This document shows, piece by piece, positions 40,800-53,050 of a stretch of DNA of 64,000 nt. A model generated the notes under the pieces. That model was not told the DNA's origin. It saw only the letters and a program-made list of their open reading frames with translations, and searched no databases. The position numbers and the translations under genes were made by a program. The stretch's first letter is position 1. The number at the start of each line of letters is the position of its first letter. Source of the DNA: Mobula hypostoma (Eukaryota); the NCBI RefSeq assembly GCF_963921235.1, contig NC_086108.1, forward strand, positions 5,704,001 to 5,768,000. Direction: 5' to 3'.

Positions 40800-42554
40800 T
40801 ACGTGGGAGGGAAGGGTTAGATTTATCTTGGACTAGGTTAAAGTTCAGCACAACATGATGGGCCGAAGGTCCTGTGCTGCTGTCTGAGCTGAAACGTCCT
40901 GTGCTGCTGGTCTGAGTAGGAATGTCCTGCTTGAAATGGCACTGGGAGAAATTTTACTTGCAGCTTTCAACCTGGAATTAGATTAATTTTAAGGAAATTT
41001 CCCATGACCTTGAGAAAAGGATAACAGAAAGCACGGTAGCAGAGTGATTAGCACAACGCTTTACAATACGGCGACTCAGGTTCAATTCCCGTCACTGCTT
41101 GTACATTCTCCTGTGACTACATGGGTTCCTCTGGGTGCTCCAGTTCGATGTACTGGTCAGTAGGTTAACTGGTCTTTGTAAACTGTCCCTGGATTAGGCT
41201 CGGATTAAATTGGTGGATTGCTGAGTGGCATTTCTCAAAGGGCTGGGAGGGTGTATTCTGTGCTGTATCTCAATAAATAAACAAATGAGTAGCAATTAGC
41301 ACAACGCTTTACACTGGGGTTCAATTCCCGCTGCTGTCTGTAAGGAGTTTGTACGTTTTCCCGGTGACTACCTGCGTCTCTTCCAGGTGTCCTGGTTCCC
41401 TCCCACACTGGAAGCAGGGCAACACTTGATAGTTGAAGGGTAGTAACAGTTCTTGAACCTGGTGGTGCGAGTCCTGAGGCTCTTGTACCTTCTAGGTGAT
41501 GGCAGCAGCGAGAAGAGAGCACGGCCTGGGTAGTGGGGATCTCGGCTAATGGATGCTGCTTTCCTATGACAGCATTTTGTGCTAATTAGTTGGGAGGGTT
41601 TTACCTGTGATGTACTGTGCCAAATCCACTACCTTCTGTAGGATTTTCTGTTCAAAGTACTGAGCAGTGGTAAAAATACTATAAATTACAATAAAAAATA
41701 CACAGTAATGAAGAAAGTGAGTTAGTGTCCGTGGCTTGGCATGTTTGTTGGCTCTGGGACTTGCTGACAGTGAACAGTGAGATCGGGCTTTCTCTTTCGT
41801 CTCAGGGTGGTGCAGCTGTGTAGAAAGTGTGATGGCTGTTCCAGGCAATGGGCCCAATCCAGTCTGTTATAATGGGAAGGCTTCAGGGTGTGATTTGGTG
41901 TCCACGATGCCTAATGAACCTCTTCATTGCTGTAAACGGTGGCTTAATGCTATTATAGAGCCAGTGAACCCGGCTTCAATTTCCACCGCTGTCTATCAGG
42001 AGTTTGTACGTTCTCCCCGTGACCGTACAGGCTTCCTCCGCGAGCTCTGGTTTCCTCCCACAGTCCAAAGCTGCACTGGTTAGTAGGTTAAGTGGTCACT
42101 TGGGTGTAATTGGCTGTTGCAGCTTCCTGGGCTGGAAGAGTATCATTAAACAAATAAATGGTCTGGGATCTTCCTCCGTTACTTACATTCTCAAGAGAGC
42201 AAGTAAGACGCGAAGCTGAAGACCCCAGCCTGACCCAGAGCCCACTCTCGTTTTGAATCTTTAAAACGGGTTATTTATTTGCCTTTTCCTTGTTTTCAGA
42301 ACATTTAGGGTCCCTTGCTTGCATGCCTTCATCCCTTCCTGGTCAATTCTATTGTGAACTGTACAGCTTGCAATGACATATGCCGATAGGTCACCATGGC
42401 AACGTGTCTGAGTTGCTGCCATGGCCTATACAGTTCAGCCCATCAGCTGCTCTGCTAAAGTAAGAAAAAAGGGACTTTATATTTCTCTAACTTCCTCCCG
42501 TCCCCCTTCTCTCTTTTCCCCCATTCCCCATTCCGATGATTCTTCTCTAAATTG

Positions 42555-43500
42555 GTGAGACCCATTGTAAATTGAGGGGGGGGGGAGGGCTCTTCACTGA
42601 GCACCTCCACTCCGTCTGCCAAAAGCAGAACTTCCCAGTGGCCAAACACTTCAATCCCCATTCCCATTCAGATGTGTCGGGCCATGGTCTCCTCTTGAGC
42701 TACGATGAGGCCACCCTTGGGGGAAGGAGCAACACCTCATGTTCTGTCTGGGTAGCCTCCAACCTGAAGGCATGAATACTAAATTCTCCTTCCGGTTAAA
42801 ACAAATGTCCCCTCCTTCTCCCCTCTTCTTCTATTCCCCACTCTAGCCTCTTACCTCTTCTCACCTGCCTACCACGTCCTCCTGAGTCGCCTCCTTCTTC
42901 CCTTTCTCCCATGGTCCACTCTCCTCTCCATTCCTTGACCTTTCCCACTCACCTGGCTTCACTGATCACCTAGCTATCCTCCTTCCCCTCCCTCCACTTT
43001 TTTATTCTGGCATCTTCCCACTTTCTTTCCAGTTCTGAAGAAGGCTCTCGGCCTGAAATATCGATTGTTTATTCTCCTCCATAGATGCTGCTTGACCTGC
43101 TGAGTTCCTCCTGTATTTTGTGTGTGTTTCTCTTGTTTATGATTACTCTCTCACCACTTCTCATCTCCTCACCTGCCCATCACCACCCTCTGATTTCCCC
43201 TCCTCTTTCCCTTTCTCCCATGGTCCACTCCCCCTCTCCGATCAAATTATTTCTTTTTCTGACCTTTACCTCTTCCATCTATCACCTCCCAACTTCTCCC
43301 TTCATCCCTCCCACTCTCCTCCTAACCTGGCTTCACCTATCACCTGCCAGGTTATACTTCTCCCCCACCCTCCCACCTTCTAATTCTGACTTCTACCCCC
43401 TTCCTTTCCAATCCTGAAGAAGGGTCCTGGCCCAAAACGTTGACTGTTTGTTCCTCTCCGCAGACGCTGTCTGACCTGTTGAGTTCCTCCAGCATTCTGT
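42555..43500 (+). mobile_element. Degenerate Penelope 3' end with tandem pLTRs
   Basis: FTEHLHSVCQKQNFPVAKHFN..HSHSDVS; two successive pLTR copies ending ~43130 and ~43500. Confidence 0.75.
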
Positions 43501-44638
43501 CACGTTGTTCAACTTTCAATCATCCCCTGTTTAGGGAGAGGGTGGGGTTTCCAAATATTTCACTGACAGTTTTGGGAACTTGTCGTTCTAACGTCTGAAC
43601 AACAGTTCCAGATGCCCCTAGCAAGGGAACCTTAAAATATATTTTAAAAAAGGCCATGAAAATAAGGTCAAGTATGTCAATAAATATGGATAAAAATATG
43701 CAGCAGATTTTTCAAGATGCTGTGCCTGTGGTATTTAGAATGTCTTGCTCTGTGCAGACTCGAGTCTGGGTCTTTCTATGTAAAACCAGGAACGGCAGCA
43801 ACATGACACAGTTAGACAATGGTTCTCTGTTCCTCATTTTCACCCTTACTAAAAATAGTGTCTGTAATGTTATTTACTGCTTGCTTCCAAAGTGGTAAAC
43901 ATGATGGAGGATCTCTTCCACCCCTCCCTCCCCTCTTGCTCTCCAATACTTCGTCTCTCTAAAGCAAATTTTTTTTTTTTTGCCTTTCTCCTTCCCACAT
44001 AATTATTATTTATTTTTGCTTTGACCGCTTTCTCATAATCGGAATCACCGGCCCGCATCGTGAAATTTGCTAACTTTGCGGTAGCAGTACCATGCCGTAC
44101 ATGATAATAAGAGGGAAAAAACTGTGAATTACAGTAAATATACTATATATTAGTTAAACTAAATAAATAGTGCAAAAATAGAAATAAAATAGTAGTGAGG
44201 TAGTGTTCATGGGTTCATTGTCCATTCAGAAATGGGATGGCAGAGGGGAAGAAGATGTTCCTGAGTTGCTGAGTGTGTGTCTTCAGGCTCCTGAACCTCC
44301 TCCCTGATGGTAGCAATGAGAAGAGGGCATGTCCTGGGTGATGGGGTCCTTAATAATGGACACTGCCTTCCTGAGACACCGCTCCTTGAAGATGTTTTGG
44401 ATACTACGGAGGTTAGTGCCCATGATGGAGCGGACTAGTTTTATAACTCTCTGCAGCTTACTTCGATTCTGAGCAGTAGCCCCCACCCCACCCCGCCATG
44501 TCAGAAGTGATGCAGCCGGTTAGAATGTTCTCCATGGTACGTCTGTAGACATCTGTAAGTGTTTTTGGTGACAAACCAAATCTCCTCAAACTCCTCAGGA
44601 AATATAGCTGCTGTCACACTCCTGTGATTAACTGAGTA

Positions 44639-45360
44639 CTGTTATGTTTTATAACTTCAAGACATTAAACTAATTCAAAGGAAACGCAGGAGCCCGGGAA
44701 TATAGGTCTCACTTTCTGTTTACTTTAAGTGAGGGGTGCACGTATCATGTGGTAGCGTGGCTATGTATGAAATTAACTTATTTTTTCATATAATCTGTAA
44801 TGAATTATTAACAAACAAGATTGCTTAATAAACAGTATACATGATTACTCAAATATTATTGAAATATTAAACACACACTTTTTTAACACTATCTTGAAGT
44901 TTTGGAGTTGTTCCATGTCATCCTTACAGGTCACACTGATGTCATCCTGATAACACTGAGCGCCTAGGTAGCCTTGTGGCACCTGGCCCATAGCTTTCTG
45001 CCAAATTACAGATACAGATGCAACTCCAGAAATAAGCCTATTACTGTATATCAATAAATCCCTTTGAGTGTTTACAGTGAGAAACACTTTGGCATCTTCT
45101 TTTGTCTCCATCTGTAGGTAGGCCTCAGCTAAACCCACTTTGCTGCAGTGTTTCCCTCCAGAAAGGTTTGCAAAGATATCCTCTATCCTGGGCAGAGGGC
45201 ATTGATCTAGTTTCAGTGCTGGGTTGATGGTGACCTTAAAATCACCACTTATCCTGACAGACTCATTCTTGGCCTCTGAGACCACCGGCATTGCTTATGG
45301 GATCCACTTAACCTTGGAAAGAATTCATTTAGCCTCCACGCGATCTAGCTCATTGCTATT
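44639..45360 (-). mobile_element. Gypsy LTR retrotransposon remnant (RT fragment plus LTR-like segment)
   Basis: ORF 44845-45291 VRISGDFKVTINPALKLDQCPLPRIEDIFANLSGG...AYLQM...CYQDDISV. The segment 44639-44875 has a diverged inverted copy at ~47735-47880 plus 48285-48385. Confidence 0.8.
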
Positions 45361-45479
45361 TTACCACTGATAGTAGAAGCGGCCGAATGCACTTTACAGA
45401 ACTTGGGTGTGGCAATTTATTTAAAAACAAATCTTGCCCTTGCTAGGTTTGAGTTTTTCAATGCCATCCTTGAACACTG

Positions 45480-45935
45480 CTGTGACTTCGAGCACCTCTG
45501 CTCCATCTGCCGATTCCCAGATACCCATTCCTATTCCTGCGTGTTGGTCAATGGCCTCCTCTTGTGCCAAGATGAGGCCACTCTCAGGGTGGAGAAGCAA
45601 TCCTCATGTTCTGTCTGGGTAGCCTCCAACTTAAAGAAAATGTTCTCCCTCCCCCTCCCCTCTTCCCCACTCTTGCCTCTTCTCACTCGAGCCTCCTTCC
45701 CGTTCTCCTGCGGGCCCCTCCTCCTTTTTTCTCCAGCCCTCGACTTTCCCCACCCTCCTGACTCCACTTATCACCTTCTAGCTTTCCTCCTTCCCCAATC
45801 CCCCAACTTTTTATTCTAGCATCTTCCCCCTTCCTTTCCAGTCTTGATGAAGGGTCTCAGCGCAAATTGTCAACTGTTTATTCCCCTCCATAGATGCTGC
45901 CTGGCCTGCTGAGTTCCTCCAGCATTTTGTGTGTG
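45480..45935 (+). mobile_element. Degenerate Penelope 3' end / pLTR
   Basis: NGLLLCQDEATLRVEKQ motif followed by a pLTR. Confidence 0.7.
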
Positions 45936-46090
45936 ATTCTTTGTCTTAGATTGTTCATCACACGCATGAACTTAACAGTAAAGATGATTACATAACGTTA
46001 GTATAATGAAAGTATAAAGTACGCAGGGTGTCAAAAGCAACAGACGCATGGGAGAATACCTGAATCAACTGTTGAATAACGGAAGGCTTT

Positions 46091-46487
46091 AGTCATAGTC
46101 ATAGTCATACTTTATTGATCCCGGGGGAAATTGGTTTTCGTTACAATTGCACCATAAATAATTAAATAGTAATAAAAGCATAAATAGTTAAATAGTAATA
46201 TGTAAATTATGCCAGGAAATAAGTCCAGGACCAGCCTATTGGCTCAGGGTGTCTGACCCTCCAAGGGAGGAGTTGTAAAGTTTGATGGCCACAGGCAGGA
46301 ATGACTTCCTATGACGCTCTGTGTTGCATCTCGGTGGAATGAGTCTCTGGCTGAATGTACTCCTGTGCCCACCCAGTACATTATGTAGTGGATGGGAGAC
46401 ATTGTCCAAGATGGCATGCAACTTGGACAGCATCCTCTTTTCAGACACCACCGTCAGAGAGTCCAGTTCCATCCCCACAACATCACC
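46091..46487 (-). mobile_element. Young Rex1 LINE 3' end (same family as 35143)
   Basis: ORF 46236-46478; (agtcat)n tail. Confidence 0.88.
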
Positions 46488-48620
46488 TACGATGTTTCCA
46501 CCTACGATGCTGTGTTGTGATGAAAAGTTTACAGTACACTGTATTTTTTTAAAACTTTTACCAGGTTTTTATATAAGGTTTAGAAACAATAAGCATTGTA
46601 GACTCATTCTGGTGTTTTCATCAGCAATGCTTTAAAAATTTAATTTAAATAAATGTAGTTTTAAACAAAATGTAATTCCATTATGTAAGATATAAAAACG
46701 ATCAGCACCGTAACACACACAAAATGCAGCAGGAAATCAACAGGTCAGGCAGCGTCTATGGAGAGGAATAAACAGTTGACATTTCAGGCTGAGACCCTTC
46801 TCCAGGGCCGGAAATGAAGGGGGAAGAGGCCAGAATAAAAAGTTTGGGTGGGGGGGGGGGTGAAGGAGGATAGCTAGCTAGAAGGTGATGGGTGAAGCCA
46901 GGTGGGTGGGAAGGTAAAGGACCGGAGAGGAAGGAATCTGGTAGGAGAGGGGAGTGGACCATGGGAGAACGGGAAGGAGGAGGGGCACCAGGAATAGGTG
47001 ATAGGCAGGTGAGCGAGGTAAGAGGCAAGAAGAGAGGAAGAGGAGGGAAAAAATTACTGGAAGGAGATCAGTATTATAAATGTGCTCTGGTGCCGGATTT
47101 CCATAACCAACAGACGCTTTTAAAAATTCAATGTTGTGTTTCTTCTATTTCTGGAACCAGCCTGCTGAATATTCACAATTGCGTCCAATGTTCAGTTTGT
47201 CGTGATAGATCTTTGCGTGTTTTACAACCAGCATACCATTAAAGAGCATACGTTCACTCTGATGCCAATGTTACACGATTGGCACCTTCATTTTACAGCA
47301 TGTTTTTCTGTTTTTCATTAAATGATGTTCGTTACATATTTGGGGTCACTTCTCAGAGCTGTCTGTGCACAGAGACCTGCGTATCACCCGGGAACCTTCC
47401 CAGTGCCTTGTGGAATTTGTGACGGCATGCCAGCGCCCAACAAAAAAAAAATTGGGTTTTGGGGGTTTATGGATTTTGGATTTTCAGATAAGGGGTACCA
47501 GACCTGTAATAACTGTTCCTGAATCTGGTGATGTAGGGCCCAAGGCTTTTGTACCTCCTTCCTAATGACAGCAGTGGGAAGAGAGCATAGACTAGATAGA
47601 ACATAGAACATGGAATAGTACAGCATAGTACAGGCCCTTCAGCCCACATTATTGTGCTGACCCTCAAACTCTGCCTCCCATATAATCCCCCACCTTAAAT
47701 TCCTCCATATACCTGTTGGGGAGGCTAGTGTGCATTGTTGTGTATTTAATATTTCAGTAGTATTTGAGTAGTACTGTATATATTGTTTAATTAAGAATTA
47801 CTTGGTGTTTATGGGTTATATGTAAAAGTACGTGAATGGCGTACGTTATTATGCCACCACGTCATAAATGTGCATCTTATTTACTTATTTCCCGTTACAC
47901 CACTGGTGTTCAGGGCAGCAATGAATGTCCTCCATCTCTGGTGGTGTTCAGGGCTTCATTCGTTGTGTCAGTAGCTTCCTCTCGGTTTTCACTACTGTCA
48001 GTCACACAAGTCCCGGGTGGAGACTCAGGAATACTGTCACACTCAGATGTAGAAGGATTCTTCATTGCTGTTTCTGTAACAGTTTTGTTTAACCAGTCAG
48101 GGTTGTTAGCCCTGACAGGACATGTGGACCACTCTTAATCTGGCCTCTACCCTTTAACCTGTTTGGCATGGTTGACCCTACCAAGAGCCAAAGCACAAAG
48201 CCCTGACTCCAGCTAGCGTCGCTCACCGGGTCAATGAGGCATGCAGGCCTCCAAACCGTGACAAGGTTGTGGTCCTCTTGGAGAAAGTGCGCTCCTTGCT
48301 AAAGTAAAAACGAAACTAACTGGTGTTATTCCTGGCTGCATGTTTATTTTTCAATTAGTTTTATGTTTTGGAGTTATGAAACCGCGCACACATGAGGGAG
48401 CTGGCTGGGTTTACAACCTTCTGCAGCTTGTTCTGATCCTGTGCCTTGGCCCCTTCATACCAGCTGGCGAGGCAACCAGTGAGAATGCTCTTCATAGTTG
48501 TACAGGAAACAATGGGGTTGTTCTGTGTATTAAGGACAGATGTTAACAACTGTGAAGGGAAATGATAAGGTTGTTACTCTCATTGAGGACAGATGCTAAC
48601 TGGAACTGTTGTTGCTTTAG

Positions 48621-48792
48621 TTTCTGATAGCTGAGAGTGACCGAGGGGGCCTCTGCAACATCAATTGCTCCAAGGGCCAGCAGAAGCCAGTGTGTGGCAG
48701 CGACAGGAAACTCTACAAGTCCCATTGTGCCTTCCAGAGGGCAAAGTGCAGGGACCCAACCCTCGAAACCGTGTCTCGGAGCCGATGTAGCG
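48621..48792 (+). CDS. SMOC1: SMOC1-type gene, internal coding exon (Kazal/follistatin-like domain; equivalent to exon 2)
   Basis: Acceptor gttgctttag| and donor |gtaagt; 172 nt, phase 0 to 1. Translates FLIAESDRGGLCNINCSKGQQKPVCGSDRKLYKSHCAFQRAKCRDPTLETVSRSRCS(E). This has Kazal cysteine spacing and resembles SMOC1 as I recall it (FLISDRDPQC...KPICASD...QRAKCRDPTL). SMOC1 versus a SMOC1-like paralogue needs a tree. Confidence 0.92.
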
Positions 48793-49229
48793 GTAAGTGT
48801 GACGACTCAAGGCTACACAATGACTCTTCCAATCATCAATTGCATGCTTCCAATGTAACATCTGTCAATAACACACGCAAAATGCTGGAGGAACTCAGCA
48901 GGTCTGGCAGCATCTGTGGAGAGGAATACATGTTCAACGTGTTGGGCCAAGACCCTTGACTTGTTAATTTTTGTGAACATTGTGTATCTTGGAAAACCTC
49001 TCAGGAAAACCCAGCCTACTCTGCGTGGATTCTGTCAATGCCCTTTGTCTTGCCAGCATAATCAACAATCCCATCCATCCCAGACATTCTCTCATCTCAA
49101 AGTTCAAAGTAAACTTTATTATCAAAGTACATACACATCACCATATCCAACTCTGAGGTTCACTTTCCCGCAGGCATGCCCTGCAAATCTATAAAATAGT
49201 AACTCTAGTTACATTTTATAGTAACTGTC

Positions 49230-52002
49230 GAGTCTGCCTCATGATCAACTCCTCTTGGTGCACAAATGTATCAGAGTTGCTCACCAGACCTGGAATCTCT
49301 CGTAATTAAGTGCCGTCCATTTTACCTGCCGTGGGAGATTTCAGCGATCATTCTGGTAGTGGTGCACATTCCACCTCAGGCCAATATCAGACAGGCTCTA
49401 GATGATCTGAGCAATGGGGTCAACATGCAGGAAATTGCACACCCTGACACCTTCACCATCATTCTGGGGGATTTTAACTAGGCCAGCTTGAAAAAGTCAC
49501 TAACTAATTACCATCAACAAATCACCAGAGGGAACAACACACTAGACCATTGTTACACCACCATCAAGAATGCCTACTGTGTTATTCCACGCCCTCACTT
49601 CGGGAAGTCTGATCGCCTGGGTGTATTTCTACTCCCTGAGGGAGAGACTGCAGCACCAGTAGTGAGGACCAAGAAGGTTTGGACAAGGGAAGCACAGGAG
49701 CGCCTACAGCACTGCTTTGAATTGGTGGACTGGACCTTATTCAGGGATTTGTCTTTGAGTCTGGATGAGAATGCTGCAGTTGTTACCGACTTCATTAAGA
49801 CCTGCATGGATGCGTGTGTGTCTACGAAAATTTGCTGTACATTCCTAAATCAAAAGCCATTGATGAACCAGGAGGTTTATCATTTGCTGAGGGCCAGATC
49901 TGTGGCATTCAAGTCTGACGACCTGGGTCTGTACAAGAAGACCAGATAGGACTTGCAGAGGGCTATTTCAAGAGCAAAGTGACTATTCTGAGTGAGGTTG
50001 GAGGCAACACTGGATGCATTGAAGCACCTTCAATTACTCCAAAAGACTGAGGTTTGGTAAAAATACTGAAAGGCTTTTATTCGCTGTACAATACGACTTC
50101 CACGGTGAGTGTCTGCCCCCGGACTGAGGGGGAGGGGCAAGGCGAACACCTTTATACAGGACTCTGTGGGACGAGCCACAGGGACAGTCAGCAGAGGGGT
50201 GTGTCCAGACAGGTAACCCAGTTACAACATATATACATGGTTTACCACAGCATGTCAACCCTGCAGGGTTTGCAGGACATTACTTCCAACAAAGTGAAAC
50301 CCAATAGCATGAATGGCAGCGATGCTTCACTACCAGATGAGCTCATGAGCCTTCTATGCCCGCTTTGAAAGGGAGATCTATGAAGATCCCTGCTGCACCT
50401 GGTGACCCTGTGATCTCTGTCTCAGAGGCTGACGTCAGGCTGTCTTTAAAGAGAGTGAACCTTCGCAAGGCAGCAGGCCTCAATGGAGTACTTGATATGA
50501 CCGAAAACTTGTGCCAACCATCTGGCAGGAGTATTTAAGGCCACTTTCAACCTGCCACTGCTCCGGTCGTATGTTCCCACCTGCTTCATAAAGGCAACAA
50601 TTATGCCAGTGCCTAGGAAGAGTAGTGTGAGCTGCCTTAATGGCTATCGCCCAGTAGCACTCACATCGACAGTGATGAAATGCTTTGAGAGGTTGGTTAT
50701 GACTAGACTGACCTCCTGCCTCAGCAAGGACCTGGACCCATTGCAATTTGCCTATCGCCACAATAGGTCAATGGCAGATGCAATCTCAATGGCTCTTCAC
50801 ACAGCCTTAGATCACCCGGACAATATATACACCTATGTCAGGATGCTGTTTGTTGACTATAACTCGGCGTTTAACATCATCATTCCCACAGTCTTGATCG
50901 ATAAGCTACAGAAACTGGGCCTCTGTACCTCCATCTGCAACTGGATCCTTGACTACCTAACCAGGAGACCACAATCTGTGCGGATTGCTGATAACATCTC
51001 CTCCTCATTGACAATCAACACTGGTGCACCTCAGGGGTGTGTGCTTAACCCACTGTTCTACTTTCTTTATATCCATGACTGTTTGGCTAGGCACAGCTCA
51101 AACAGCATCTATAAATTTGCTGATGATACAGCCATTGTTGGTAGAATCTCAGGTGGTGACGAGAGGGCGTACAGGAGTGAGATATGCCAACTAGTGAAGT
51201 GGTATCGCAGCAACAACCTGGCACACAACGTCAGTAAGACAAAAGAGCTGATTGTGGATTTCAGGAAAGGCAAGACAAAGGAACACATACCAATCCTCAT
51301 AGAGGGATAGAAGTGGAAAGAGTGTGAAGTTTTAAGTTCCCGAGTGTCAAGATCTCTGAGGATCTAACCTGGTCCCGACATATTGATGCAGCTACAAAGA
51401 AGGCAAGATGGTGGCTATATTTCATTAGGAGTTTGAAGAGATTTGGTTTGTCACTTAAAGCACTTGAAAGCTTCTATAGGTGTGCCATGGAGAGCATTCT
51501 GACTGGCTGCATCACTGTCTGGTATAGGGTGGGGCGGGGGGGTGGTGGTGCCACTGCGACTACAGAAAGTTGTAAAATTAGTCAGCTCCATTTTGGGTGC
51601 TCTGTAGTATCCAATACCTCTTCAAGGAGTGGTGCTGCAGAAAGGGAGTGTCCATCATTAAGGACCCCCACCACCCAGGACATGCCCTCTTCTCATTGTT
51701 ACCATTAGGAAGGAGGTACAGGAGCCTGAAGGCACTCACTCAATGATTTAGGAACAGCTTCTTCCCCTCTGCCATCCGATTCCTAAATGGACATTGAACC
51801 CATGAACTATCTCATTTTTCCTTTAATATAAATTATTTCTTGTTTTGCACTATTATTTGTTTATTTAATATAAACATATGTACTTACTGTAATTGACTTA
51901 ATTTTTTTATTTCTATACTATCATGTATTGCATTGAACTGCTGCTGCTAAGCTAACAAATTTCACGACACATGCCGGTGATAATAAACCTGATTCTGATT
52001 CC
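49230..52002 (+). mobile_element. Rex1/Babar-type LINE (APE endonuclease + RT), degenerate
   Basis: ORFs 49266-49481 (KCRPFYLP, ILGDFN), 49488-49949 (TLDHCY, GKSD) and 50603-51310 ([22 protein letters not shown]). Tail (ctgatt)n at ~51990. Confidence 0.9.
50020..50249 (-). mobile_element. Solo LTR (230 bp) inserted in the Rex1/Babar LINE
   Basis: TG...CA termini. 4-bp TSD gcat at 50016-50019 and 50250-50253. On the minus strand TATAAA precedes AATAAA. Confidence 0.8.
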
Positions 52003-52004
52003 AA

Positions 52005-53050
52005 CGGGATCAGTGAAAGATCAACCAGAGTGCAGAAGATATCACACTGTGCAAATGCAAATATAAATAAATAGCAATAAATAATGAGAGTAGGAGATAA
52101 AGTGAGATCATTGATTGTGGAAACATTTCAATGATGGGGCAAGTGAGTGTAGTTATCCCCTTTTGTTCAAGAGCCTGATGGTTGTGGGGTAATAACTGTT
52201 CTTGAACCTGGTGGTGTGGGACCTGAGGCTCATTGTGGTGAATGAAGTTATCCACACCGGTTCAGGAGCCTGATGGCTGTGAGGTAATAACTGTTCCTGA
52301 ACCTGGTGGTGTGGGACCTGAGGCTCATTGTGGTGAGTGAAGTTATCCACACTGGTTCAGGAGCCTGATGGTTGTGGGGTGATAACTGTTCTTGAACCTG
52401 GTGGTGTGGGACCTGAGGCTCATTGTGGTGAGTGAAGTTATCCACACTGGTTCAGGAGCCTGATGGTTGTGGGGTAATAACTGTTCCTGAACCTGGTGGC
52501 GTGGGACCTGAGGCTCATTGTGGTGAGTGAAGTTATCCACACTGGTTCAGGAGCCTGATGGTTGTGGGGTAATAACTGTTCCTGAACCTGGTGGTGGGAG
52601 TCCTGAAGCTCCTGTACTTCCTACCTGATGGCAGCAGTGAGAAGAGATCATGGCCTGGGTGGTGAGGATCTCTGACGGTTGCTGCTTTCCTGCGACAGCC
52701 TTTCATGTGGATGTGCTCAGTGGTTGGGAGGGCTTTACCCATGATGTACTGGGCTGAATCCACCACCTTTTGTAGGATTTTCCATTCAGAAACATTGATA
52801 TTTCCATACTAGGCCATGATGCAGCCAGTCCATATACTCTCCACTACACATCTGTAGAAGTTTGCCAAAGTTTTAGATATCGTGTCGAATGTCTGCAGAC
52901 TCCTAGAGGTGCTGCCGTGCTTTCTTCACAATTGCACTTGTGTGCTGGGCCCAGGACTCATCCTCTGAAATAATACCCAGGAATTTAAAGTTGCTGACCC
53001 TCTCCGTCTCTGGTCCTCCGATGAGGACTGGCTCATGGACCTCTGCTTTC
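52005..53050 (-). mobile_element. Rex/Babar-type LINE 3' fragment with an internal 95-bp tandem expansion
   Basis: ORFs 52533-52766 and 52903-53130 carry the family motifs; tail-to-tail with the 49230-52002 element. Confidence 0.75.
52152..52610. repeat. 95-bp minisatellite, ~4.8 copies
   Basis: Units start at 52152, 52247, 52342, 52437 and 52532 (gttatccacactggttcaggagcctgatggttgtggggtaataactgttcctgaacctggtggtgtgggacctgaggctcattgtggtgagtgaa). Confidence 0.95.

Noticed and set aside
48690..48959. ORF-track 89-aa protein as a stand-alone gene
   Set aside because: It is the SMOC1 exon read from an internal GTG through the splice donor into intron and repeat sequence.
52152..52610. Regularly spaced repeats resembling a CRISPR array
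   Set aside because: The whole 95-bp unit repeats with no unique spacers, it derives from a LINE, and the context is eukaryotic with no cas genes.
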